DNA of 64,000 nucleotides. Origin: Macrostomum lignano (lineage: Eukaryota). The stretch is from assembly GCA_002269645.1 (NCBI GenBank), contig NIVC01001112.1:62001-126000 (forward strand), in the 5' to 3' direction. Positions within the stretch are counted from its first letter, which is position 1, and each line of letters opens with the position of its first letter. Positions 47,531 through 58,378 of this stretch are shown in pieces. The translations under genes were made by a program, and so were the position numbers. The notes under the pieces were generated by a model, which was not told the DNA's origin, did not search any database, and saw only the letters and a list, made by a program, of their open reading frames with translations.

Positions 47531-50152
47531 TATCCGCTACCGAGAATCGAAGAGCTTTTTGCTAAGCTGGCAGGTGGAAAAAATTTACGAAGCTCGACTT
47601 GTCGAAAGCCTATTCTCAACTGCCACTGGACGAAGCAGCCCAAGAGATTTGTACAATTAATACGTCCAAAGGCCTTCTGCGCTACACCCGTCTGCCTTTT
47701 GGAGTTGCTCCGGCCGTCGGTATTTTCCAACGACACATGGACAATCTGCTGCAGTCGATTCCGCATGTTGCCTGTTTTATCGACGATCTGATCATCACCG
47801 GTGTTGACGACGAAAGTCACCTGCGCTCACTAGAGTCAGTGCTAAAGAAATTGCACCAAAGCGGACTGCGCTGCGGCCTGAGCAAGTGCGACTTCATGCA
47901 GGACAGTGTCAGCTATCTGGGCCACCGGATAGACGCTGCCGGTCTGCATCCGCTACCGGACAAGGTTCGTGCCATCGCCGACGTTCCAGCACCGCGAGAC
48001 GTGACACAGCTTCGCAGTTTTCTTGGACTTGTTAACTTTTACGGGAAGTTCATGCCCAACTTGTCCGCGGAGCTGTCGCCGCTGCATCGTCTGCTCAACC
48101 AAGGTGCCCAGTGGCGCTGGGGCACTCAACAGGAGACCGCATTTAGGAAGTGCAAGTCGCTTCTCAGCAAAGCGCCGGTCCTCGCGCACTTCGACGAAAG
48201 TAAGCCGCTGATCCTGGAGTGCGACGCGTCGCCCTACGGCGTCGGAGCGGTCATCAGTCATCGGATTGATGGTATCGATCAGCCGATCGCGTTCGCTTCG
48301 CGCTCTTTGCACGATGCTGAGACCAGGTACTCCCAGTTGGACAAAGAGGCTCTGGCGGTCATTTTCGGAGTGAAGCGGTTTCATGCGTATCTGTACGGCC
48401 GGAAGTTTACACTGATCAGCGACCACAAACCGCTATTGGATCTGCTACACGAGTCCAAGCCGATTCCAGCAATGGCATCCGGTCGAATTCAAAGGTGGGC
48501 GCTCATCCTGGCAGGTACACCTACACGATGGAGCACCGATCAGGCCGGTCGCTGCTCCGTGCGGACGCGCTGAGTTGACTTCCGCTGCCAGAGAGACCAG
48601 CAAAGGCACCGACACCAGCCGATGTGGTGTTAGTCATGGACACGCTTGATGAGGGACCAGTGACTGCCGGAGACATTCGAGCTTTGACTAGAACGGACCC
48701 GATCCTGTCCAAGGTGTTGCAGTTCACCGCGTCTGGCTACTGGCCCGAGCGAGTAATTCAAGAGCTACAGCCGTTCAAAAATCGGGCTAATCAGCTAAGT
48801 GTCCAAGATGGCTGTCTCCTCTGGGGCACAAGAGTGGTGATACCGCAAGCTGGCCGCTCGGCGCTTCTGCAGTGCCTGCACCAAGGACACCAGGGCGCCT
48901 CTAGAATGAAGACGCTCGCCCGCAGTTTTTTCTGGTGGCCAAAGCTGGATGAATCCATTGAGCACCTGTCCAGTGCGTGCTCCGAGTGCCGTGAGCTGCT
49001 GAAGTCACCGGCGCCGGTTCCGCTGCACCCATGGGCATGGCCGGACAGACCCTGGTTGCGTCTTCATCTCGATTTTGCTGGTCCGGTAGAAGGAAAAATG
49101 CTTCTGGTGATCGTGAACGCTCATTCAAAGTGGATGGAAGTTCATGTAATGATGTCGACGACTTCAACGGCCACGATTCAGAGACTGCGGCAGAGTTTCG
49201 CTACTCACGGTCTGCCAGACATCGTCGTTACGGACAACGGGCCAAATCTAGTCAGCGAAGAGATGAGCGAATTTTTACGGAAAAACGGCATTTGGCACGT
49301 GCGAATTGCACCGTATCACCCAGCATCCAACGGCCAGGCGGAGCGCGCGGTGCAAACGCTGAAGAAGTCGCTGGCCAAGCAGAAGGGCGGCTCGCTTGAA
49401 GACCGAGTAGCGCGGTTCCTGCTGACATACCGCGTGACGCCACATGCCATGACTGGCACACCGCCGTGCGAGCTGCTGATGGGAAGGCGACTGCGCTTTC
49501 TGCTCGATCGAGTGCGTCCCGACGTGCCGGCCAGGGTTGCAGTGCAGCAAGCGATGCAGAAGCAGCATCACGGCGCCAACGCTCACGATCGCCGCATTGA
49601 GGTCGGCGATGCCGTGTGTAGGGCGTAGGCCGTGCGCTGCACTCTCTGCCTCACATTATTATTCATGACTCATTCTCTCGCCTAAACTTGTTAACTAATT
49701 CTCGACCAATCAAGCATCGCTTCGCCCTACCCCGCAATATTGACTAATAAATATATTGAGTAAACAGAGCCTTACAGAGGCCACCTTTTTCGGCACGCAA
49801 ACCTAGACTTCACACCGTGGTTGCCAGGGACTTCGCTGATGACGGCAGATGGAAGCCGACGGTGGTGACTGCTAGCTCTGGAGCAGCGTCGTTCTCGTGC
49901 CACTTTGATGACGGCCGGGAGGTGCAACGGCACATCGACCAAGTTCGCAGACCCGCGGATGCTGTACCGGCTGGCGAAGCTCCCGAGGCTGAGCCGGTCG
50001 CTGATCCGCCGGAAGATCCGCCAGCAGCGGCCGGCGCAGCTGCTGCCCCCAGCATGGCGGTCGCCTGCGACGCCACGAATGCGAGCGATTTGGCATTGCC
50101 GCGGCGCTCGACCAGGATCCGAACTGAGCCTAATCGACTGTGTTACCAGTGA
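47531..50152 (+). pseudogene. Disrupted Gypsy pol (RT-RH-IN)
   Basis: One-base deficit in the A-run at 47578-47583, one-base deficit near 48515, in-frame TGA at 48576-48578, and a solo-LTR insertion at 49617-49814. Confidence 0.88.
49617..49814. mobile_element. Solo LTR (198 bp) nested in the Gypsy integrase tail
   Basis: TGTA...CACA termini and a 5-bp TSD CCGTG (49612-49616, 49815-49819). Removing it restores the reading IEVGDAVVARDF. Confidence 0.9.
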
Positions 50153-50532
50153 CTGTGATTCCGTTATTTAGTGCTCTTTGAGTTACGGACTAAATAGTTT
50201 CTTTTAATTCCTGTTTCCTGCTTCTGCAGTTGTTGGGGAGGAGTGTAGTGACTTGGCTTGTGTTGTTTGTGGTGCTGAGGGGGTTGCTGCGTACATTTTA
50301 CCATCGTGCTCTTTTGACTCTCTCCTTCGCTTGTTTTTGTGCGTACGTGCACGTGACTACTATGTCTATTTTACAGTCCCCAAATTATTGATCGGTTAAA
50401 ATACTATTTCGACAAATACATATATGAATGATTTTGTCAGGCTATCGCTAAGCATAAATTGACTGCCCCGCCTAACAATAACCCCAAGCCCTACCTAAGT
50501 CCTGACCTTAACTTTAACCCTAACATGAACTA

Positions 50533-50856
50533 GGGTTGTAGCCCAGTGGTCAGAGAGTCGGACTCACGACTTGAAGGTCGGGGGTTCGATTCCCAAATCC
50601 CACTGGAACAATACTTATATGTACTACTTACTGGGATGTTAGAGCGTCGAACTCACGACTGAGAGGTCGGGGTAATTGAGGGTGTGTGGCGACCAAAGAT
50701 CATATATTCGTATATAGATATAGATATAAGATCTATGGTGGCGACCCCCCAGTCCTTGGACGCAGCCTTCAGATGCGCCGCGCAATGGCTGCGGCTGAAT
50801 GTCGGTTTCACATCTGCCTATTAGGGCAGGTGTAATCAATTTTTACTTATTATTAT
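50533..50856 (+). mobile_element. tRNA-derived SINE (family A), copy 2
   Basis: A-box TAGCCCAGTGG, B-box GGTTCGATTCCC, 3' region GCAGCCTTCAGATGCGCCGCGCAAT..GGGCAGGTGTAATCAA and a TTA tail shared with 15931-16663. Confidence 0.82.
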
Positions 50857-51103
50857 GAACTCTCAATTGTTGATCAAAAACTAAATCGTCAGCATTCAAA
50901 TGGCTGGCAGTGAAAATGCGGGTATCCGCCGTGTCAAGGGTATAAGCGCGTTTAATGCAATAACATAATAGTTAATATAGACATCTCAAATTAATTTAAA
51001 TAATCATGCAATAAGACTATGCCTTAAGAAATCAGTTTCGATTCCACTGGAAGTCACATCTAGCACAACATTTGATGCCATTTTTTTAAATACACAATTT
51101 CAA

Positions 51104-52924
51104 TCATAATTTTCCGCCGCCCCAGCTTTTGCTGTGCATGTGCACTACGTAGGCTTCCGGGAAAGCGGCTACGCAGGCTGCCTCCTGGTCCTCGTTCATG
51201 TTGCCCATCGTCTGACAACTGGCTGCCTTAGGGTTCCCTTGGTTGCCCGCGGTGATCCAGCTGAATGGATTGAAGTACCGTGAAGGAAATACTCTGACAT
51301 CGGTGCGACCATCGTCCAAATACTGCTGTAACTCCTCCATGAGAACTACGGAGCCAGTGGTCTGCTCTGGTGGCGTGGATCCCACCGCCTTGTTCCTTCT
51401 GAAAGTGGAATGGCTTTATAGAATAGTCCCTTTTATTAACCACCAACTGATAATATTGACGGTGTTTGTCATTCTTGTTGTTGCAAACATTCGGACCAGC
51501 CGAATTTAGGCGGGTTTTCGCCCTTTTCAATTATCATATTAATTGTTGAATAGCGATCAAATTTACCTGCGCTTAGCAACAATTCGTTTAAGTAGAGCCA
51601 TCCAGAATCGGTGCTCCGGCCTTGAAGCCATCAATGAGTTTTGCACGTAGCTACCGTTAACACTGCGAAGCCAGCGTCCGTCCATATTGGCAAATACTAA
51701 CGCTGATTTGCTCAGCAGGTTACGGAAGTCTCGAAGGCAGACAGTGTCTATACCTGCATAGATACCACCGTAGTGCAGCAGGTATGTGTACTTGGCTAAG
51801 TCTGACCTGCAATCATAAATTTATAAGCTTTAAACTCATACACTATACAATAAGTTACGAGTATAATATAACCATAGTTTTATCAAGCTATAATGGAATG
51901 GAATAATTTGTGTTTGCTTGTTTAAAAAGGAAAGCGATGCGCAGCTACACTAAGGTAGTTCGAGTGTTGACTTTTCACTGCCAGCAACTTTTTGCCTGCC
52001 TACGAGTTAGGTTAAGGCTAGGTTTAAGTGGGTTAGGTAGCTCGTAGGTAAGGTAGTGTTTAGAGTTTGGTAAGTATAGGTAGGTTTAGGTTAGGCAGTG
52101 TTATGGTTAAGTAAGTAGATTAAGGGTTTAGGTTTAGGGTTAAGTAAGTGCTTAGGTTAGGGTAGGGTTATGTAGGTAAAGTAGTATTTACAGTTGGTAA
52201 GTATATAGTATAGATTAGGTTAGGGCAAGGTTGGGTTTAGGTAAATATATTAGGTTAGGGTTTATGTTAGGATAGGGTTAAGGCTAGGGCCGACAGTCAG
52301 TTTGTTGCAGCAGAGTTGTTGGTCTGCAGTGAAAAGTCAAAAGACGTGGATTAAGTACGTATTTCACAGCTGAGTGAGCTCGAGCAATAGCTGCGGCTGA
52401 GCTGTCGGTTGCACTTTTGGCACAATTGAGGCAGGTGTAATCAATTATTGTTATTATTATTCGGAGTGATGCAAACTGCGGAACTGAAGCTTTTGAATTC
52501 GAACCGAAAACAGAATAAATATACATATATTGCTAGGCTTTGCATTTTTGTGATTGCTTACAATATCAGCTTACTTTTGCAGTCCAGAATTCAAACACTC
52601 GTAGGTAGGTAACAGCCAAGGAAAGTGCATCCCAATATGCCGGCGATTATCTTCGTCAGTCCAGAACATGTGCTTGCAGTCGGGTAGACAGCGAGCCCAG
52701 CTGTTTCGCCATCGTTGAGCCCTGGCGCTGAGCAGTCGGTGGCTCTTCCACGTCTGATGAACGATGCAGGGAATTCCGCTTTCGCCGAGTGTCTCGTGTC
52801 TAATTTTGTCATGGCTGTTGTATACATGTATATCAGAGACCGGGAAGAACCACCTGCCGATTAGAATGCCGCAGAATAGCAGCGTAATAACGCTGACGAA
52901 CTTGACAAGCAGATTTGAAGCCAT
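51104..52924 (-). CDS. GT32-family (OCH1/SUR1-like, DXD sugar-binding) glycosyltransferase, type II membrane protein, 294 aa
   Basis: Exons 52924-52575, 51806-51567 and 51398-51104 total 885 nt with phase 2/2 junctions. N-terminal TM helix, IPCIVHQTWK, FWTDED, KSDLAKY..YGGIYAGID, NSLMASRPEHRFW, HMHSKSW. Confidence 0.88.
51967..52340. mobile_element. Non-autonomous element: 15-bp inverted repeats around a degenerate (TTAGG)-like tract
   Basis: TTGACTTTTCACTGC (51967-51981) and GCAGTGAAAAGTCAA (52326-52340). A related inverted partial copy lies at 50457-50524. Confidence 0.55.
52383..52460 (+). mobile_element. 5'-truncated SINE family A tail
   Basis: GCAATAGCTGCGGCTGAGCTGTCGGTTGCAC...GGCAGGTGTAATCAATTATT matches the other two copies. 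Confidence 0.7.
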
Positions 52925-53694
52925 AGCTACTGTGAGTTTGTCGCTTGATAAGCACTGAAGCTGCTTTAGTTTAATGCTAAAATGTCTAGCGAGTGTGTTT
53001 CCCAGCCTAGATTGCCAGCTCTCGCTAAGGTCTTTTCTACATGTAATAACACACGACCCGCAGCTATTCATTGTTGAAGTTGCTATATAGAATGTACAGG
53101 TTAGCTCAACTTGAGGTTATTCAGTGTGCGAAATACAATGAAAGAACGACTATCGACCGTACGCATTAGACCATTTATGCCCTTGTCACTCGTATTGTAT
53201 TAAATTCTCGAAGTACGGTGGAGATGCACAAAATGTGTGTAGCATCAGTCGCAGACTATGAAGATTATTGCAACGTGTGGAACCCGAGCTTTCCTATAGC
53301 TAAGTTTTGTTTAGCTCTTCTCTATATTGACTGCACACGCCACCCGAGTAAAAACAGAGTAAAAAAACGATTTGCTAAACAATTTTGAGATGTTCTTCTT
53401 ACATCGTATGTCAAATTACATGTGTCTATCACTTTTTAAATAACATATAGCTCGTGGAATATAAATTAAGATTGGTTTTTCAAATTACTACTTTTATTTA
53501 GGAGTCCTTGGATAGTTCTTTGTACAATAAAATTGCGCTTAACAACAGATTTATTGCATAGTGAAGCCAAATCTACATATTAGTACGTTTTCATCGGTTC
53601 CAAACCGAAGCTTATTGGAAATTAAAGCAACATTAGTGATGTTCCATCGTTACGTTTGATAGCACTCATTTTATTTGATAGTATTCATTTTGGT

Positions 53695-53885
53695 GCCGCA
53701 GGCACTCATTTTAGCACCACAGGGCCCAGGCACTCATTTTAGCGCCGCAGGCACGCATTTTGGCGCCGCAGGCACTCATTTTAGCGCCGCAGGCACTTAT
53801 TTTAGCGCCGCAGGCACTCATTTTAGCGCCGCAGGCCCGCAGTTTAGCGCCGCAGGCATTCATTTTAGCGCCGCAGGCACTCAAG
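53695..53885. repeat. 21-bp minisatellite (GCAGGCACTCATTTTAGCGCC)n
   Basis: Direct inspection. Confidence 0.92.
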
Positions 53886-55052
53886 CGCTATGTTTTGTCA
53901 CCCTGCAGCAAAATGCATTCATGCAAAGCAGCAAAAACCAAAAATAAGCAAGAAGCCTACATTTTACATTTAAAGTATGGATGGGCCAGATACCCCTCAT
54001 TTTAGAATGAGGCCCCCTCATTCTAAAAAGTGGGGGGGGGCATTGCCCCACTGGCCTCCCCCGTTCCTACGCCTATATGCACAACGATCTTGCAGCTGTT
54101 GTGCTCTTCAGCAGTGTTGGCTACAAACTTGTGTGTCTCAGAGAGCCTCGCTAAATCTGTGCGAAGTGATTAAACAGAAGCATAAGTCTGAATACTTAGA
54201 GAGGATATGATGATCGAAGTTAGCTGGTGTGTCATTTAGGCACCAACAATTCTCGGCAGGCGAAAAGTAGAGACTGGCTTGTTCCGAACGACTGAGCATA
54301 AACTTGCGTTGTTTTTAGTGAGTAACAACTTGAAATATGCTGCAACAAAAGGACGTTCATAAAAGCCTAACCTCAAAAGCAAGGAAGCATACAGTTCAAT
54401 AGTTAATTGTTAGCTTCACTCATTTATACTAATAATAATCTTGAATAATGATGGAATACTTTTTGACATCTTCAGTTGTAAACTAGCTAGATAGCAATAA
54501 TTAGATACTCTGCATTGACAGCACAAATGCATTTTTTCTGAATGTCGAAAGAGCCATTCTAGGCAAACCATACTTTGGTCGTCGCCGCTCGCTTCCGATA
54601 GGTACGAGCCGTATGTATATTGTCCATTACTTTATAAAATAAACTATTAACGTGAACAAATATACTTGTAAAGCAGATCGATAGTGCTGCTATCCATTAT
54701 AGTTGTCCATTAGTGTCCATTAGTGAAGACAACTTGAGCATTTTAATTGAGCTAAGAGCTGCAGCAGTTGATGGGACAAAGAGTGTTGGCTAGGCGCGGC
54801 GAACCCTCTGTTTACATTTTGATATAAATTTGCGATGTGAGGAGCACCACAAACAATTTCAGAAGTAGTTCAGTACAGGTGAAGATTGCCAGTTGATATA
54901 TAGGAGAGAGCTAGCGCATGAGGAAATCCTCTCCTGCCACTTGCTTGTATACGAAACAAGCAAAGCATTTTGAAAAGAAGTAGCTAGTTCCAAAGCAAAT
55001 GAAACATTGAGTGCTGAAAAGCCAACATTTTGCATCGCTTCATCGTCCTAAA

Positions 55053-55974
55053 ATGCATAAACGAAAGAGTGGGTAAGCATTCGGCAGGAAAGGCTAAGCT
55101 TTCTAAAGTTAATCGGTATATCTTTATGTTTTTAGATTTGTTCATTCAAAAAACTTCCTAATCCCCTCATATTTTTAGAGCCCTAAAAATTTACAACTTA
55201 CTTCGTTTCCAAACGCTGACTTTCCTGCTGCTGCAGCTGATAGTTACGTCTTCGAAACAGTCTAGCACATGCCCGAATGCAAAAGTATCGTTCAGAAAAA
55301 CGTCAGGAGCTGATTGCATTCGCCCTGAGTTCACTAAGATTGTGCGGGGGTTATGCAAACAGCTGTCCTGCAGCCTTCTCTGCGCCAAGACTCCCAAATG
55401 CCAGGCCTTCACACTGCCCGCTGGCGACTGTGTCTGCAAGCTGTTCCTGTTCGACAAGTGCAGTCACCGAGTACAGTCAGTGCCTAACTGTGCTCACCTG
55501 GTGACCGTGTACGTGAGATCAATGGCCGGATTAGCGGCGGGTCGCTTGTGTCCTCCCGGATACAAATACGCTCGGTTCGGCACCGCCTACAAGGTGTCAG
55601 CCTCGGCCGCGGCTAACTGGTTGGACGCCAAAGAGAAGTGCGGTCAGGAGGCTGGACTGTCGAAGTTCGCGGACGCTCTAGACACCGACGAGTCTCGCCA
55701 TCTGGTGTGGATCAAGAACGTTTCGGAAGTATTAGGTAATGGCTTATACCTTGGAGGTTACCAGATCCCAGGCTCGGGAAGCAGCACAGCAGGCTGGATC
55801 TGGGACACATGCAACAAGAGCATCCGAGCCGACGTTTGGGAGCCGCAACAGCCCAACAATCAGAATGGCAATCAGGACTATGTAAACATTTACCACTCTC
55901 ATCGAATTGGAATAAATGATTACAATTTCGACCGCCAGATTAAGTTTATTTGCGAGTGTCTCGTGGTGTTTTAG
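55053..55974 (+). CDS. Secreted PAN/Apple + C-type lectin domain protein, ~271 aa
   Basis: Exons 55053-55072 and 55179-55974 (816 nt, phase 2). Hydrophobic signal-like LTFLLLQLIVTSS; Cys-rich PAN-like CSLLCAKTPKCQAF..CKL; CTLD with NWLDAKEKC, LYLGG, WIW, WEPQQPNN, FICE. The first exon is less certain than the second. Confidence 0.82.
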
Positions 55975-56148
55975 CGCAGTCGAATTAATACAATGCAGTT
56001 GGAATCGCTGAATTGATATTTTGAAAAGAAATATAAAGATGATAATCTAGCAAACTCAAAATATTATCTGCGAAGCTTTAATCTTGGTCGTATTTTGGTA
56101 AAGCATAATTTATTGTAAAGATCGCAGGATCATTTTTATTATAAAATC

Positions 56149-56592
56149 CAACAACAACAACAAAGTACTTCACCCGCCAGCCACGCAGTGGCTAGAAAGG
56201 GGAGGGAGAAGTCAGAGAACACGTCTCTGGGCCATTGTTCTCAGAAAGCGACACCCCAGGTTGATCCAGGGCGCCAGTATCGGTCAAAAGCCTGTCAGGG
56301 TACAGGAACCGCTGGCAACAGGCAAGCCTCCCCGGCAGCGTCTCGGTAGTTGATCTCGGCAGGCAGGTCGGAGGGCACCGTGAAGACTACCATCGCGATG
56401 CCGCTGCCGTCAGGCCATCCAGCAGCCGCTGAGCGCCTTCAGCCGACGATGACAGCAGCATGAGGTCGTTTGCGTAGCCAAAAACGGAGAACCGCTTCTC
56501 CGGGTCCCGCCGACTCGTGCGTCTTCGCAGTAGGAAGCCGTCATCCGGGCAGGCCGGTCCTCAGCACCCAATCCAGAGCCAGCACTGTTAGG
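56149..56592 (-). mobile_element. Decayed non-LTR retrotransposon fragment (RTE-like)
   Basis: Minus strand reads ALDWVLR..DDGFLLRRRTSRRDPEKRFSVFGYANDLMLLSSSAEGAQRLLD (RT YADD mutated to YAND at 56476-56465), then an internal deletion and a (TTG)n tail. Confidence 0.78.
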
Positions 56593-56759
56593 CGGAATTA
56601 TAAAATGTTACACCGATCAAAGCTTTTCCTAACTCAAGAAGCGTCGGTCCGTGCAACATAGGAAAGAAGTGACTTTAGATGTGTCGCCCAAGAGTCAAAT
56701 TAAAGCGTTTTATTGCCTGAGACTCTGGGGTCTATAGGTTTTCGACTCTGAAATGTAAT

Positions 56760-56902
56760 GAATATTTGTCGATTCTTGTCACGACTGCCTGCTGGACTCT
56801 GCCGGCGGTGCGGCCTTTGTTCGCGCCCAGGCTCTGAAGCGTGCTCTGTGACGCTGCTTTTTTCCACCTGACAGCGTACTTTGTTGTTGTTGTTGTTGTT
56901 GT
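56760..56902 (+). mobile_element. Probable second retroposon 3' end with a GTACT(TTG)n tail
   Basis: Ends in the same GTACTTTGTTGTTG junction as the RTE-like fragment, in the opposite orientation. The 5' boundary is unclear. Confidence 0.45.
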
Positions 56903-57340
56903 CACGGTAAAGTTTCTAAACGGGTACATATATTGGGTGCAATTGGTCATTGGAACTGGTGGGAAATGTAGTGTGGACCTAGAGTGTTTTGATCCTTGCT
57001 TTGACGGTGCGGCAGACGAAAAGTGATGAACTGATGATTAGAAGTACGTAATTAAAATTTTGTTTTCTTTTTCTAAAAGGTTCCTTTATAGTTGTAACAA
57101 AATGTGAGGCCCAGTAGATCTCATTACAGAAAGCTCTGTCTAGGTAAACCACGAGAGCTCTGCGATTGTGCTTCTATGCAAAATGATCAAGCTAAAACAA
57201 AAAATTAGTAGATTAACTTTTTCGTAATCGCTGATATCTTTAAAAAACTCTTTGGGTACATTATGTCCGTTGTGGTGATTGAAACGTCCTGAAAACTTCT
57301 GCAATGTTTCATTAAACAGCTATATTAATATATAACGGCC

Positions 57341-57512
57341 GGGGGCGTGGCCTAGTGGTCTGTCAAGCGCGGCATTTGGGGCTAAATTGCAATCTCGGTG
57401 CTGTGACTCTGCTCGTGCAATTAACGCCCAGCTTAAGGACCAACCCTCAAGGAACAGTGAAGTGTACATGCCTAACGAACGATAAATAAAGCTAGGGCCG
57501 CTGTACACTCCT
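57341..57512 (+). mobile_element. SINE-like element (family B), copy 2
   Basis: A-box-like TGGCCTAGTGG; 3' part shared with 26174-26378. Confidence 0.65.
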
Positions 57513-58378
57513 GTATTAGCAAGAGCCTGTGTGTATGACTGCGTAGGTATCCGCGTACGATCCGTACCTGCGAACCTGCCTTTCGCCGGTTGTGTGACAA
57601 TGTCGCTTAAAGTGCGCCAATGTGCAGACAGTCCCCTTCCTCTAATATATTTCTTTAATACTTCCTTTTGTCCATTATCGATTGGCTTTTGATTTATGTA
57701 ATTAGGAAAATAAACTCGGAAGGAAATCTACCTTAGTTCAATTTCAACCATTCTCGTCACTAGTGCAATAAAATCGATTCATACTACTTATATATAGCTT
57801 CGTACAAGTAGGTTGAGCTAGTCGGAAATATTACGTTGATCGGCATCACAAATGACAATCGTCTTTTTCATTGACTATTACCAAATCAGAACTACGTATA
57901 TGCAGTAGCAACGCTGCAACTGCTGTCAGATGAGTTGGCAAAGCCATAACCTTTGCGCAGTTAATCAGCAAGTTAATCCAATTATCACAACAGTCCTTTG
58001 CAGAGAGTGGCGACTGTTTCCCATAATCCAGCTATTAAATGGTTGGTTTGGATTTTTGGGAGAAAAAATCAGCTCTGTTTGCCTATAGGTTTCGCAGAGC
58101 TGTGTCCGCTAAGCCTCTAGTGAGCCTTGTGTCAACAAAGGAGACGTTAGCTCAGGTGCAGTTACCATTGGAAACCATTATTGTAAACTGCCTGCCGGGC
58201 TCTCTACCAACCTATGTCGCCCTCTCTCGACTCTCCTGCCCGATTGGGCATCGATAACCTCAGCAAACGGCGGCCCATATAATTAGCTGGAACCAGCTTA
58301 GAATCGAGGCCCAGTTTCATACAGTAAACTACGAGTGTAATATGCACCTGAAATTTCTCATTGAAAAAATACACTAGA

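Larger units (their letters stand above)
47458..50375 (+). mobile_element. Defective Ty3/Gypsy LTR retrotransposon (gag and protease deleted)
   Basis: 3' LTR 50244-50375 (TGT..ACA) preceded by PPT GGGGAGGAG. Only ~73 bp of the 5' LTR (47458-47530) remains, joined directly to RT (YPLPRIEELF). RT FIDD, RNase H (ECDASPYGVGAV, YSQLDKEALA), integrase HHCC + DDE, C-terminal PRRSTR motif. Confidence 0.92.

Noticed and set aside
50533-50605. Possible tRNA gene
   Set aside because: A and B boxes are present, but the acceptor and anticodon stems pair poorly and the sequence continues into a SINE body.
52005-52290. Interstitial telomere or chromosome fusion site
   Set aside because: Repeats are highly degenerate, on one strand only, and enclosed by inverted repeats.
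53976-54080. Possible hAT-type MITE end (…GGGGCATTGCCCC…GTTCCTACGCCTATATG)
   Set aside because: No matching opposite terminus or TSD found by eye.
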